A stretch of 64,000 nucleotides of DNA, taken from positions 123,442,001-123,506,000 of the forward strand of contig OZ320313.1 in assembly GCA_976226885.1 (NCBI GenBank). Direction: 5' to 3'. A program made the position numbers and the translations under genes. The notes below the pieces were generated by a model. It had not been told where the DNA came from, searched no databases, and saw only the letters and a list, made by a program, of their open reading frames with translations. The stretch comes from Iphione sp. A-MEVVRFRX5. Taxonomy: Eukaryota. Below, piece after piece: positions 49,078 through 60,156 of this stretch; position 1 is the stretch's first letter, and the number at the start of each line of letters is the position of its first letter.

Positions 49078-49923
49078 ATGATTAGCAGTATATATGAACC
49101 TAAACTAAAGGGTCTAAGGATAGCCCAACAGAATGTCTGTAGCATTCTTCATAAGAAACATTTAGTTGAATTTGCCTTGAAATACTACAAACTGGACATA
49201 TTTGCAATTCAAGAAAGCTGGTTATCATTCAAATTCTGGCAAGGATGGACTAATATTGTGGGATATGATCATGTCAGACTAGATAGGTGCATTACAAGGG
49301 AACACAAACATGGAGGGGGACTACTAGTATTTTTTAGAGATAATTACGAATACACAGATAACTACAAATCTAATAATATTATTAATTCTGATATTGAATT
49401 GCAATGTACAGAAATCTGTCCAGGTAGAGCCAAAAAAATAGTAATGCTGAATGTTTATAGACCTCCTACGGGATCACCCAATGCGTTCCTAAGGCAAATG
49501 GAAACAGTTTTAATGTCAATCAATAGCAGGAGAGAGATCTACGTAGTAGGGGATGTAAACATTAACTTTAACAAAAGATCCGATCCAGTGGTTAAAAAAC
49601 TTCTAGATATCTTGAAATTATACAATATTGAGAATCACATCTCGAAGTATACCAGAATAACAAATAATAGTAAAACTCAAATAGACATGATAGCCTCCTC
49701 GTGCAAACATATCACCCATTCTGACTGTATTGAAAACTCAATGTCTGATCACCTAATGACTTTTGTAGTTAAGAAGATTAACAATAAAAAGAATGGAGTA
49801 GTTAACAAAGTGAGAATATCTTATAGGAAACTAAATGATGACACTCTAACTAATCTAATTGATGATATTAAAAGCAAAAACTATTACGATTTATTCAACT
49901 CAACGAATGTTAATGATCAATGA
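49078..49923 (+). CDS. LINE ORF2 N-terminal part: apurinic/apyrimidinic-type endonuclease (APE)
   Basis: Motifs QQNVCS, AIQESWL, GGGLLVFFR, VYRPP, VGDVNINF, TQIDM, SDH. Ends in a premature TGA that is in frame with the RT part. Confidence 0.92.
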   Translation: MISSIYEPKLKGLRIAQQNVCSILHKKHLVEFALKYYKLDIFAIQESWLSFKFWQGWTNIVGYDHVRLDRCITREHKHGGGLLVFFRDNYEYTDNYKSNNIINSDIELQCTEICPGRAKKIVMLNVYRPPTGSPNAFLRQMETVLMSINSRREIYVVGDVNINFNKRSDPVVKKLLDILKLYNIENHISKYTRITNNSKTQIDMIASSCKHITHSDCIENSMSDHLMTFVVKKINNKKNGVVNKVRISYRKLNDDTLTNLIDDIKSKNYYDLFNSTNVNDQ

Positions 49924-49932
49924 AATTTACTG

Positions 49933-51951
49933 TTGGATCGTATACATGAGTCCCTGTCAGACAACTGTCCAGTTTTTACTAAAGAGATTAATGCAGAACG
50001 ACATATTCCTTGGATTGACAAATCGCTACTGAAGGATATTAGGTTAAAAAACTACTTCTTAAAGAAGGCTAAATTAAGAAACGATATGGATACCAGCAGA
50101 ATAGCAAAATATCTCAAAAATAAGATAAGAAACAAAATACGTTGTTGCAAGGAAATTTATTATGCTAATGAACTTGGGAGATACAAACAGAAGAACAGTG
50201 ATTACTGGAAAATTATGAAGCATATCCTAGGTCAGGAACAAAAGGAGAATAAGGAAATCCAAATTGTGCATAATGGAATACAAATTAAACTGGACAATAC
50301 TGCAGATATCTTTAATGATTATTTTGTTAACATAGTAGCAACTTTAACTAAGGGGATGGAATCTCAGTTACGCTTGGAGTCAGATCAGGCATCTGAAGAG
50401 AGATTTAACATTATGCCAATTACTAAAGGGAATCTCCTGAAACATCTTGTTAATACTAGTGACAGGAAATCCTCAAATGTTTCTGGTATCCCTACAAAGT
50501 TTTTTAAGAATATCTTTATTAAATTTCCTGATCCGCTGATTCATATTATGAATACTTCAATTAACTCCAATAAACTCCCTGATACCTGGAAAACAGCTAA
50601 AGTAATTCCCTTACATAAATCAGGGGATGTAGCGAATATAAACAACTACAGACCAATTTCACTTCTGCCCATACCTGTTAAACTTTTGGAAAAGGAAATA
50701 TTTACTCAATTATATGCATACCTGGATGACAATGAACTACTTTGTAATGAACAATTTGGCTTCCGTAAATCAAGGGGAACTAAAGAGGCAATTTTTAGTG
50801 TCTTACACCACCTTTATGGTAATATGAATTCAAAAAAACATTCACTCCTATTGTTTGTTGATCTAAAAAAGGCGTTCGACTGTGTTAATCATGAACTACT
50901 CCTAAGGAAGCTGAAAATGGAATTCAATTTTTCGAATAACACTATTAAATGGTTCTGTGACTATCTAAAAGAAAGAAAACAATTTTGCACTGTAAACAAT
51001 GTTAACTCTAGACTTAAAATAGTGTATAATGGAGTTCCTCAAGGATCTACTTTAGGTCCGATTTTATTTTCACTATTCATAAACGACTTACCTAGGGTCA
51101 TTAAGGAACATATAACATTATTTGCAGACGATACGCTTATTATTGTTTCTCATGAAAATATACAGTCAGCCATAGTAAAAATGAAAAAGGTCTGTAAGAA
51201 TCTGGTGAACTGGTGTGAAGAGAACAAATTACTGATAAATGTGGAAAAAACAAAATTAATGCCAGTTCTTGCCGGGAACATAGAACCCCAGTTGCAATTT
51301 ACAATTAACAAAACAAAGATTGAAGTTGTTAAAGAGTACAAGTACTTGGGGATATGGTTTGATAATAAACTGATATTTGAAAAAGAACTACGAACAACTT
51401 GCCAAAAAATGACTCAGAAGATATTCATGTTGAACAGGGTTAAAAATATGTTGAGACATAATGATTTGCTAATATTATATAAATCATACATTTTACCACA
51501 TGTTGATTATTCAACTGTGTTTCTGTCATGCAATACTGCTCGTAATCTGCAAATACTACAAAAAAATCAAAATAGAGCTTTATGCATCATAAACAAAAGA
51601 AACAAATCACCAATAATAATGACCCCAGGAACAGGTCTAACTGAGGCTCTTCACACTTATTATGGTGTTATGAGCATCACAAGACGTAGGCACTACTTTT
51701 GGCTCTGCATAATTCAAAACCTTGTCATATTACAATTACTGGGAGTTAAAGACATAATTCAACCTACAAGGCAAACTGATGGGCGAATCCTACAACTATC
51801 CAAACCAAATAATGAAAGAGTGAAAAAATCATTGCACTACGCGGCTATTAAATTGTGGAATAACACAGATGCCCTCTTCCGAGAAAACAATAACATTATA
51901 GAATATAGGACTCTTGCTAGAGTCCTCTCTCTACAAAACAATCTTTTTTGA
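49933..51951 (+). CDS. LINE ORF2 C-terminal part: reverse transcriptase (CR1 group; no RNase H or C-terminal zinc knuckle seen)
   Basis: Motifs WKTAKVIPLHK, NYRPISLLP, QFGFRK, VDLKKAFDCVNH, GVPQGSTLGPILF, FADD, KYLGIWFD, KKSLHYAAIKLWN. Confidence 0.95.
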   Translation: MDRIHESLSDNCPVFTKEINAERHIPWIDKSLLKDIRLKNYFLKKAKLRNDMDTSRIAKYLKNKIRNKIRCCKEIYYANELGRYKQKNSDYWKIMKHILGQEQKENKEIQIVHNGIQIKLDNTADIFNDYFVNIVATLTKGMESQLRLESDQASEERFNIMPITKGNLLKHLVNTSDRKSSNVSGIPTKFFKNIFIKFPDPLIHIMNTSINSNKLPDTWKTAKVIPLHKSGDVANINNYRPISLLPIPVKLLEKEIFTQLYAYLDDNELLCNEQFGFRKSRGTKEAIFSVLHHLYGNMNSKKHSLLLFVDLKKAFDCVNHELLLRKLKMEFNFSNNTIKWFCDYLKERKQFCTVNNVNSRLKIVYNGVPQGSTLGPILFSLFINDLPRVIKEHITLFADDTLIIVSHENIQSAIVKMKKVCKNLVNWCEENKLLINVEKTKLMPVLAGNIEPQLQFTINKTKIEVVKEYKYLGIWFDNKLIFEKELRTTCQKMTQKIFMLNRVKNMLRHNDLLILYKSYILPHVDYSTVFLSCNTARNLQILQKNQNRALCIINKRNKSPIIMTPGTGLTEALHTYYGVMSITRRRHYFWLCIIQNLVILQLLGVKDIIQPTRQTDGRILQLSKPNNERVKKSLHYAAIKLWNNTDALFRENNNIIEYRTLARVLSLQNNLF

Positions 51952-54900
51952 AATAATCAAGCCTCTTGTAATCTATCTGAACCATTTAATGACTATCTGT
52001 ATCTACTATACATTTTTCTCTTTAATTAATTCTTGTCTGTTATAATATCATTTTCACTTGTAGTTATGTATATACTTTTGTTTGTTTTCTTTTCTTTATT
52101 TCATCTTTCACCTTCTCTTTTCTGAATTATAACCCTATATTTACTTCTTAAATTGATTTGATTTCATATCTAATTTTATTTCGATGTATAACTGACACGG
52201 AGGTAGATAAAGTTTGTGTATGTATTTCCATGTCATTAACAACGTCCTGTCAGGGCGAATATCTGGAAATAAAATATTTTCAACAATATACGTTGGCATC
52301 ATTTGGCAACCGTACAGATATATAATTAATGAGGAAAGTAGGGCACCTAATTCTGGAAATTTTATAGAGCCTTTAATTGAAATACATTCCAAATACTGTT
52401 GGTTTTTGGCTCTGAGTGGTACATGCTGCCTTGATTTAGCAGCGGCACATATGGACATTTTATTAACATATGAACCACGGCAATCACATTATAGAGTTTT
52501 TAAAAGCGATGGACTCATCGGTGAATATGCTGTCTTTTGGGAAGGCCCATAATAAGGCATTGAACCCAAGGTACTAATGTGAGTTCTTGTTGTATGGTAC
52601 CTGTGATGGCACCAGATGAATTACTTAAATTTAACTGAGTCATTATAACTATGGCTGTATATGTACTTCCCTCCCAACGAACAGGAATACAAGGTCCCCA
52701 GGCATGATCCAGGATACTTCTAATGCTATATTCAACTGTTGATAAATTGATATGATATCAACTGGCACATTCAAGAGTGAAAAGCTGGACCAAATGTCGA
52801 GTAACTTGTAAATGTATATATAATATTTAAGTATGATGTACATGCTCTCTATTCACAGATAAACAGGTGCCTTGCTCTCATTCACCATCATTCTCCCTCC
52901 CTTTCTCTCCTTTTCTTTCCCTACACATCCATTACTGTCTGGATGTCAGTAGAGTAATACATGTACATACAGTGTATTCACCTGGGCATGATGTCCATGG
53001 AGATTTCCATCATTACACTTGGCTTTGGGAGGTTTTATTCACCGGTTTTAATAAGATAGGTTAATTATACCATCATCAAACTGAGAAAGTGGTGGGAGTT
53101 ATATTTTCTGGATGTAAGGTATATATGTATCTGCAAATATATAAACATGAGTGCCTACACACATACATATTTTAGAGTATCATGCTACCATGCCACGGTA
53201 TCCCTTTCAAGGTTATCCAATATGCACACATACCTGTACTCATGCCTGCTTACCGAACAACCTTCCAACTCACCCCAGTAATCTGCCTTTACATCCACTT
53301 CCCTTTGCATAGTTTAGCGAATTTTTCCTCATCACAACCCATAACAACATGCCCAGTACCATTCTTTCTGTTGACATTTTATTCATTGCCATTGGACGCC
53401 ATTGAATCCGTTCCTTAGCAGCAGTAGTCCAATGAATTTCAGCTGAAGAATTCCCATTGTTCAACTATCGCCAGCGACACTACAGGCTGACCAATGAGGC
53501 TGTCCATCATCTTTATTGAGATATCTGGTAGAACGATGAGGAAACAGCTATGGAACCCAGAAGTAGCTGTATATATGTCTGCCGTAGCGTTCTGTGTAAG
53601 CCAACTGCATTGATTTGCACATTCTTACAGGAAGGAACGCGATATAGCTAATTATAAGGATATGATCTATGACATTGTTGAAATTCTCTGCAGATCAAAC
53701 ATCTTAACTTTACCCAAGCCGAGAGACAGACCCTCTTCCTAGATATTAGCGACGTGGTGATGAGATGTCTTCCAGGAATATAACCCACAATGTTGTAAAA
53801 GTAGTAAAAGTATAAATAAAGTAATCATTGATGAGAATTAAATGCCACACAAGGCAGATCTTACAACTTCCCCATCAGTATCATACTATCAACGTCATTA
53901 GTTGGGGTGAAGGGGCTTGGCACCAGAAACGAGGTACGTATGATTTTTGTCTTCAACTCCCGGGTGAGCATAAAAAAGAACCTCTGGTTCAGAGGTAATA
54001 TTCATTATATCAAATTCCAGGCCCCTGAGTAATAGGTATCCATCAATATTTTACTCTCGTAGTGCTCAGACGTTTTTGATGTTTGTATAAAGCGTATTCG
54101 ATTAATTCTATTAGGAAGATTCTTATTTGTGTTTTATTTTTTTCGTAGAAGAGTGATCAATTCGAATCTAACGACTCAATCTTGACTCATTATTGTTACG
54201 ATTTTTATAGCGATATATATTTATTCAAAGAGGACAGGACAATAAACACGCCTCTTAACCAGCGAATCAATCTAAATTGATGTACGGTATTGATGTATCA
54301 TTAAATTGAATTAGTGTAGGCTTCAGTACCATTTCCTCCAGGCACTGGTAGGCGTACCTTGGACGGACCCCTCAGGCACTGGTGGGTCTGCGGTTGATGG
54401 ATCTTTAAGGGGTTTATGATAGATAATTCTTTGAGCTTGCTCCCAGAAAAAGATTCCTCATTTTGGGTTCCCTTTTCTAAATGTTAAAATGATTGGAAAA
54501 CCTGTGATCTGGCCTAAAGATGTCTGAAATATGTATTTCAACATTAACACATTATTGCGTACTCACAATGTCAATAATTTTCCTGACTTTGTCTCTCTCC
54601 CTCTATTATGATTTACATACAAATGTTTTTGTTCTACTGACATACCTTCTGGTGATTGGATACACACCCATGTGTAATGGTAACATAAATGCCTAACGCC
54701 AAGAACTTCACTGTGTTGTGGAGAAGAAAGTGTAGTTTCCAGGAAGTTCCATCGAACCGTTCTCACAGAAATATCTGACAAGCTTTGCATGTATTTTGGG
54801 CACCACCACTATACATATAAGAAAGGGATCTACCATAAGGGTAATGGAAAGCAATAAGAGACCCATGGATGTTTCTGAGAATCTGCTATGGTCTTAAGGC

Positions 54901-56789
54901 TTGGTAGGCTTTGGACTGAATTTTACCTGGTCAGAGGTCTGTGTCTGCGATAGGGCGCTCTCTCTAATACCTTTCCAAACTGTGGATAGAGAGAAAATTA
55001 CCCCTGAAATTGCCAAAGTTGTTAGCTTTCTACTTTATACATGTGCATATTTCACCAAAATAGAATGACACTATTCGTTTCAGTAATCTTGGTAAGGCCT
55101 TTTGCAATAATTCAAATGGTCAATCTCGTGCCATTCTAGCAAGTTCGTTCTTTTTTATACTCGGTTAATTCTGTTAAGATCACCAGGCTTCTAGCTGTAG
55201 GATTTTAGGATTCGCGCTTCCACCAGAAGCTAGTTAAGGCAGATGAAAACAGAATTCAGGTTCCCGGAGTTATATCAGTGCCATCATTACCACCGCTGCA
55301 AATATCGTCCGAAGTCCTTGGTGTTAATATTGGTACCGTCACCCTTGACAGGCAAAGCCCACAGGAGCACAATACCACCACCGCTGCCGCAAAAGCACCA
55401 TCACCAATACTTCGCCCCAGGTCCAATGGTGTAGCAACACCAGGAGAAAAAGTAAATAGATTTGAAGGCCGCGTTCGTCGCGTGATCCTTATCAGGTGGC
55501 GGCGTCGAGCCGGACTTGGTACCAGGAGGATCTATCCGACTTAATGGATCGTCCGGGCCTCTTGCTTTCCTACCTCACTGACGACTCCAGGGCCCCTCGG
55601 GCCGTCCTTACTGCCTTACCCACCCAAGTCCCTAACACCACCACCGTCACCACCGCCCTACCCTTTGCCACCCTTCACTTCACCTCATCTCTCGCCGCTA
55701 ACCGCTCCTACTGTCCCCTGTCGGGCCTACCGGGCAGCGACGGTCTTTGAAGATGGCCACGTAGAAAAGGATGGCCCTCCTCGATGGCATCTCTCCTTTA
55801 TCTACTCTATGGCGAGAGGCGCGGTCCTCAGGAAACATTTTCTTCGATTGGGAATGTCATTATCACCATAACTGGGGGTCATTAGCTGGCTCCGGCTCCT
55901 TTCACACAGCAAGCTGCGAAAGCTGGCTCCCTCTCAGTAAGGGGCTTTGGGCTCTTTTTTTGTGTAATGACACAGTGGCAATGGCAATACGGACGTTCGT
56001 AGATTTGGTACAATACTCACAAATCTTGAAAAACAATTCAACTGCTCGGACTAACAAATATATTTGAAATGACCCGTAAACAATAGACAGTTATGATATC
56101 ATATTACAACTGAAACGTTGTCTCTCTCTGTTTCTCTCTGGTTTCTGTGTCTCTGTTTACGTGATTAATAACTGCACCTTTAGAGGGGAACTTAACAGTA
56201 GAAAGGCTCGTATTGTTGCGGTTATTTGCGTGTACAAAATGTCGCAAACCGTAAATCCAGAAATAGCATGACCTTTAAACTGCATATTACAACTTCTTTC
56301 ATTTACATTTGAGCTACATCTTTGAATCCTAAGACGACACTGCGTCCTCTTTTGACCTTTTCATATATACATTTTGATGGATTGAAATGTAATTACTGCC
56401 AAAATCACTCAGGAAGTGTACCTTAAGGCGTTGATAAATGAAAAGAAAGAGCATCTTACGCAAGGGATTCACCGACAGGGTTGAAACGCTTGAACAGTGC
56501 ACGTCAATCATAGCCTTTGGGCAATGCACAGACACACGGACGTACAGACACAACTATTTGCCCTCCATGCCCGGCTTGGTCTGAGGGCAGGGTCCGGTCA
56601 ATACATTACAATGTCCGCCAGGCAGGAAGTACACTGCCGGGCTGTGATCGATAACCTTTCAGCGCCAATTGTCGTCTGCTGAGCACCAGGATCTGCTGAG
56701 ATTGGAAACAATACGTCTTGTCGCTAGCAGCGGGCATCGTCACCCTTTTTGGTTAAAAATAACCGCCGATATATGTCATTATATAATTT

Positions 56790-57100
56790 CTGATGTCCGT
56801 AAATATTGAGGACGTCTATATGGTGGACCCGGTGAGAGCGCGCATGCGCAGTGCGAGCGGCCGTCTGCGTATGCCACGCCTTGTGGTGGAAGGGAGGGCA
56901 GTGACGATTGATTTGGCGGATGCCCGCACTGCCGACCATCGCTCAGCGACTGCACAATACTTCCGGGATCGGCCATTTAGGAAATACTCACGTCAATCTG
57001 GCGTCGATTTTCGACCCCCCTCCCCCTTCCCACCCCCGCCTCACCCCCGAACTGAGCGTGCGCTTGGTCACGTGGTCTCTGCTGCAAAGAGAAGCCCAAC
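56790..57100. promoter_or_regulatory. CpG-rich promoter-like region with NRF1 palindrome and E-box
   Basis: GCGCGCATGCGCA (~56838-56850), GGTCACGTGG (~57066-57075) and C-rich GC boxes in CpG-rich sequence. Confidence 0.35.
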
Positions 57101-57657
57101 AAGACTGCTCTCTGTTATTTTCTATTGCAACAGTCTCCTCATCTCGGCCATCACATATACGCGTGAGACTTAATTTTCTCCATTCCACGACACTTACAGG
57201 AGCTACCGCACGAAGTAGAATTCAATCTCTTTAAATTCTGCCGTCCCCCACTTCTAAATTCAACGCCTTTTCCATCGCCATTCACACAGTCACTGTGCCA
57301 TCGCACTTCTCCTCTTTGAACAGTCTTCAACAAAAAAAGACCAGGCCATGAACGTTGCAGTCTTTTCATAAATATTCGCTACTATGAAGTTCTGCTGATG
57401 ATATACATACTTCAAACAATACCATGTGACTATACAAATTATGTACAATGGCTACCGCCAATAATAGTATGGTGTCCGTGTATAAACAGGGAGTGCTTGA
57501 TTATTTATATGAACAATCAGATGGTTCCGGACAACTGGACCTATACGCAATTCTCACTAAATGCGCGGCTAAATCTCTATACATGTGTGTATATATGATA
57601 GTATAAGTTACGTAGCCATTTACTTTACCCTTACACTGCAACATACATATTTTGTAG

Positions 57658-57855
57658 AACCATGCATCGAGAATGTCTGCAACAAATTCACCAGCAACTT
57701 GCCTACCGTTTGTGGACAATTTTCCTTGATTTCATATAGTCGGGGCTGGCCAAAGTCAAGACTTACAGTAGTTCTCTGCGGTTACTGCACACGGTCTATT
57801 GTTGACCAAGGCCATTTCGTATTGGCAGAGTGCCTTGGTACGACATTTGATCCAT
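57658..57855 (+). CDS. Candidate symmetric phase-1 coding exon, Cys-rich (66 codons)
   Basis: TTTTGTAG acceptor and GTATGT donor bracket an open 198-nt frame with 6 Cys. No family recognised. Confidence 0.2.
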
Positions 57856-60083
57856 GTATGTAGCATGCATACAAGTAGAAGACTGGATGATGAGCGTTTT
57901 GGGGGAGAGGGGCTACTGGATATCATCAGCTTCAAGGCTAGAATTTATCATAGGAAGTGCTATTCTCTCTGCCAGGGGTCAAATGAATCACCAAGTGCAT
58001 GATTTGAAGGTGACTCTTCAGGCAGAGGTTATTGGCGGCGCTGGCTGGTGGTGTCAGGAGGAAGGAATGTCTTCCTTGTGTCTTTTATTGTAGGAACAAC
58101 TTGAGCTATGACAACGACATGCCAAAGTCATGCCACAGCGACACTGTGCCATGACAGTACTTACCCATTACCAACTTGCTCCAAGGCTAAGTAAGAGCTT
58201 ATATGTAGCCAACGGTGTCCTTGAGTAAAAGGTGTCCTGATCTGGCAAGGCAAATCTGGAAATGGCTTCCTCCCTCCTTCCCTCTCTGTCTTTGGTATTT
58301 ACCTTGTGTAAGTGAGTATAACTACTAGTGTGTATATGGTATCAATGCTTAATTTTAGTGTGCGGGTGACTGCAGGAATAAGAGGGATCAGAAAGTGATG
58401 GACCGTTATCAGGGTGGAGAACATGTGGTGATGAACAGAACGGCTAAAATAATGTAGGGAGAAGGAGGGGGGATAGAAAGCAGACATAAGCAGAGCGTTC
58501 ATTGTGTGGCCTTTCGTCCGAGGCTTCCTGCTTCCCTTTCTCCTATTTCAGCCACCATATATAACTGAATTGTGAAAGATCCTGGACCGTAAAAGACTGG
58601 TTAAAATTCAATGGCATACTAAGCGTATATTAAAAATGCCCCGTTTCTATAACTTTATTACCAGAAAAATATGGAGACCAGATTCATTAACAAGGATTAT
58701 GTTTAGAAAGTTCTTCCCCTTCTTATCGATATAACTTCTGTAACATTGAGCTTTCTTTGTTTTCCCTCCTTCCCTCCCTCCCTCTACCTCCCCACCTTCT
58801 ATAGACAATGCCTTACTCTACTCCCAACCATTTGATTTGTCCTACATGTTACAAACTTGGCCTCGCCTTTCGCTAGCGCTCCCTCTCGGTACCATACCTT
58901 TCAACCCTTCACCACTGTCTGTGAACCCAGCGTCCCCTCATCGCCACTCTTGTCATATTCCCTACCTCACCCGTTCCACCCCCGCGGTCAGATCCCTGAC
59001 CCTTCCTCCACTGGTCTCACCGAGTTGCTCGTCCTCAGTCCTTCCTATCCGCCAACCCCTCACACACATAAACGTACACACTCACACACACGTACACCCA
59101 CAAACTCCTTCACCTCCGCCAACCCACCAGGCCAAATCCCACCCTCACTGTTTCCCTTCCTGGGTGAACCTTTCAAGCCGGGCTCAGCGATCTTGCGGCT
59201 GGGTGACAAGTCACATGACCATTTCCTGTCCGGCCCACGTCGAAATCCGATTGCGTCCGGGTGGGTTTTGGTGCCGATCCGCCGCATCACTTCCCGCAAT
59301 GAATTATCGGCTTTTTCCCCCTTGTTCACTAGTTATTGCAGACAATGATGTGTTTTCAGCGGCCGAGTTTTGTAATTATCCAAAAACTGTCTTGTAATGC
59401 ACCATTGGCCTCCGAGTCATGCATCATGTTTTTACTGCCTGCTTGTATCGTATATCACATTTAAGTACATATTTATTATTGAGGCGTACTTTTAAGTTAA
59501 TATTACAGCGGTATGACTGCTTTTTGGAGGCTGAGGACGTACTAATTAAAAAACACAAACTGCTAAGAAACCTGCAATTATTTTCTTAATATTTTTTTAT
59601 TATTAACACGATATTTCCTGAATATTTTAAGAATAAGATATTAAATTAATTAACTCGATAATAAGATTTTTTTTATTCTGATGCTTGGATGTGATACGAT
59701 ACAATCCAAAAGAATGCAGTTTTCAGGTGTTTAGGTAATTTCCTAAATTTTGAGATCGTTCGAAAATGTCATATACCTGTCCACATAACCTAAAGGTATT
59801 ATAGCCAGTGCCTGTCATTTTTTCGGTTCTTTCTGATGGAATTGTATGGCATTAAAGTGAAAAATCTACTTTCGGGTAATGTGCGGGGAAAGGTTTCTAT
59901 GGTAGATGCGTTCATGTTCCGGTGTGTACAAGTACTTTGCATCCGTCAAGTCAACAGTATAACCTTAAGAACCAAGAACACATCTCTGGATGATTCTCGC
60001 TTGAAAACGAGGTTTAAATGCTGATCCTCTGGCCAGTTCTCATTATGTGTCTCGTGCCGGGGATCTCGTCCAGTGTGATCTCT

Positions 60084-60091
<8 letters not shown>

Positions 60092-60154
<63 letters not shown>
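60092..60154. repeat. (CT)n microsatellite, about 31 units
   Basis: Read directly from the sequence. Confidence 0.97.

Positions 60155-60156
<2 letters not shown>

Larger units (their letters stand above)
45814..52269 (+). mobile_element. Near-intact full-length three-ORF non-LTR retrotransposon (CR1 group, L2/Crack/Daphne-like): ORF1-NADAR, SGNH hydrolase, APE-RT
   Basis: Colinear ORF1, SGNH ORF and APE-RT on one strand. There is a 5' YY1-like motif, an AT-rich 3' UTR ending near GGAAATAAA, and a tentative 6-bp TSD TAAAAT (45808-45813 / 52270-52275). Boundaries are approximate. Confidence 0.9.

Noticed and set aside
48860-49081. uORF whose stop overlaps the ORF2 start (ATGA), suggesting translational coupling
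   Set aside because: It has only a GTG start, no internal ATG and a low-complexity T-rich composition, so it is likely incidental.
46197-51341. Short minus-strand ORFs inside the LINE (46197-46415, 46788-46973, 47124-47321, 51150-51341)
   Set aside because: Antisense shadows of the real ORFs with no recognisable motifs.
52290-54200. Possible decayed gene downstream of the LINE (e.g. YLNKDDGQPHWSACS)
   Set aside because: Frequent stops and no assignable family.
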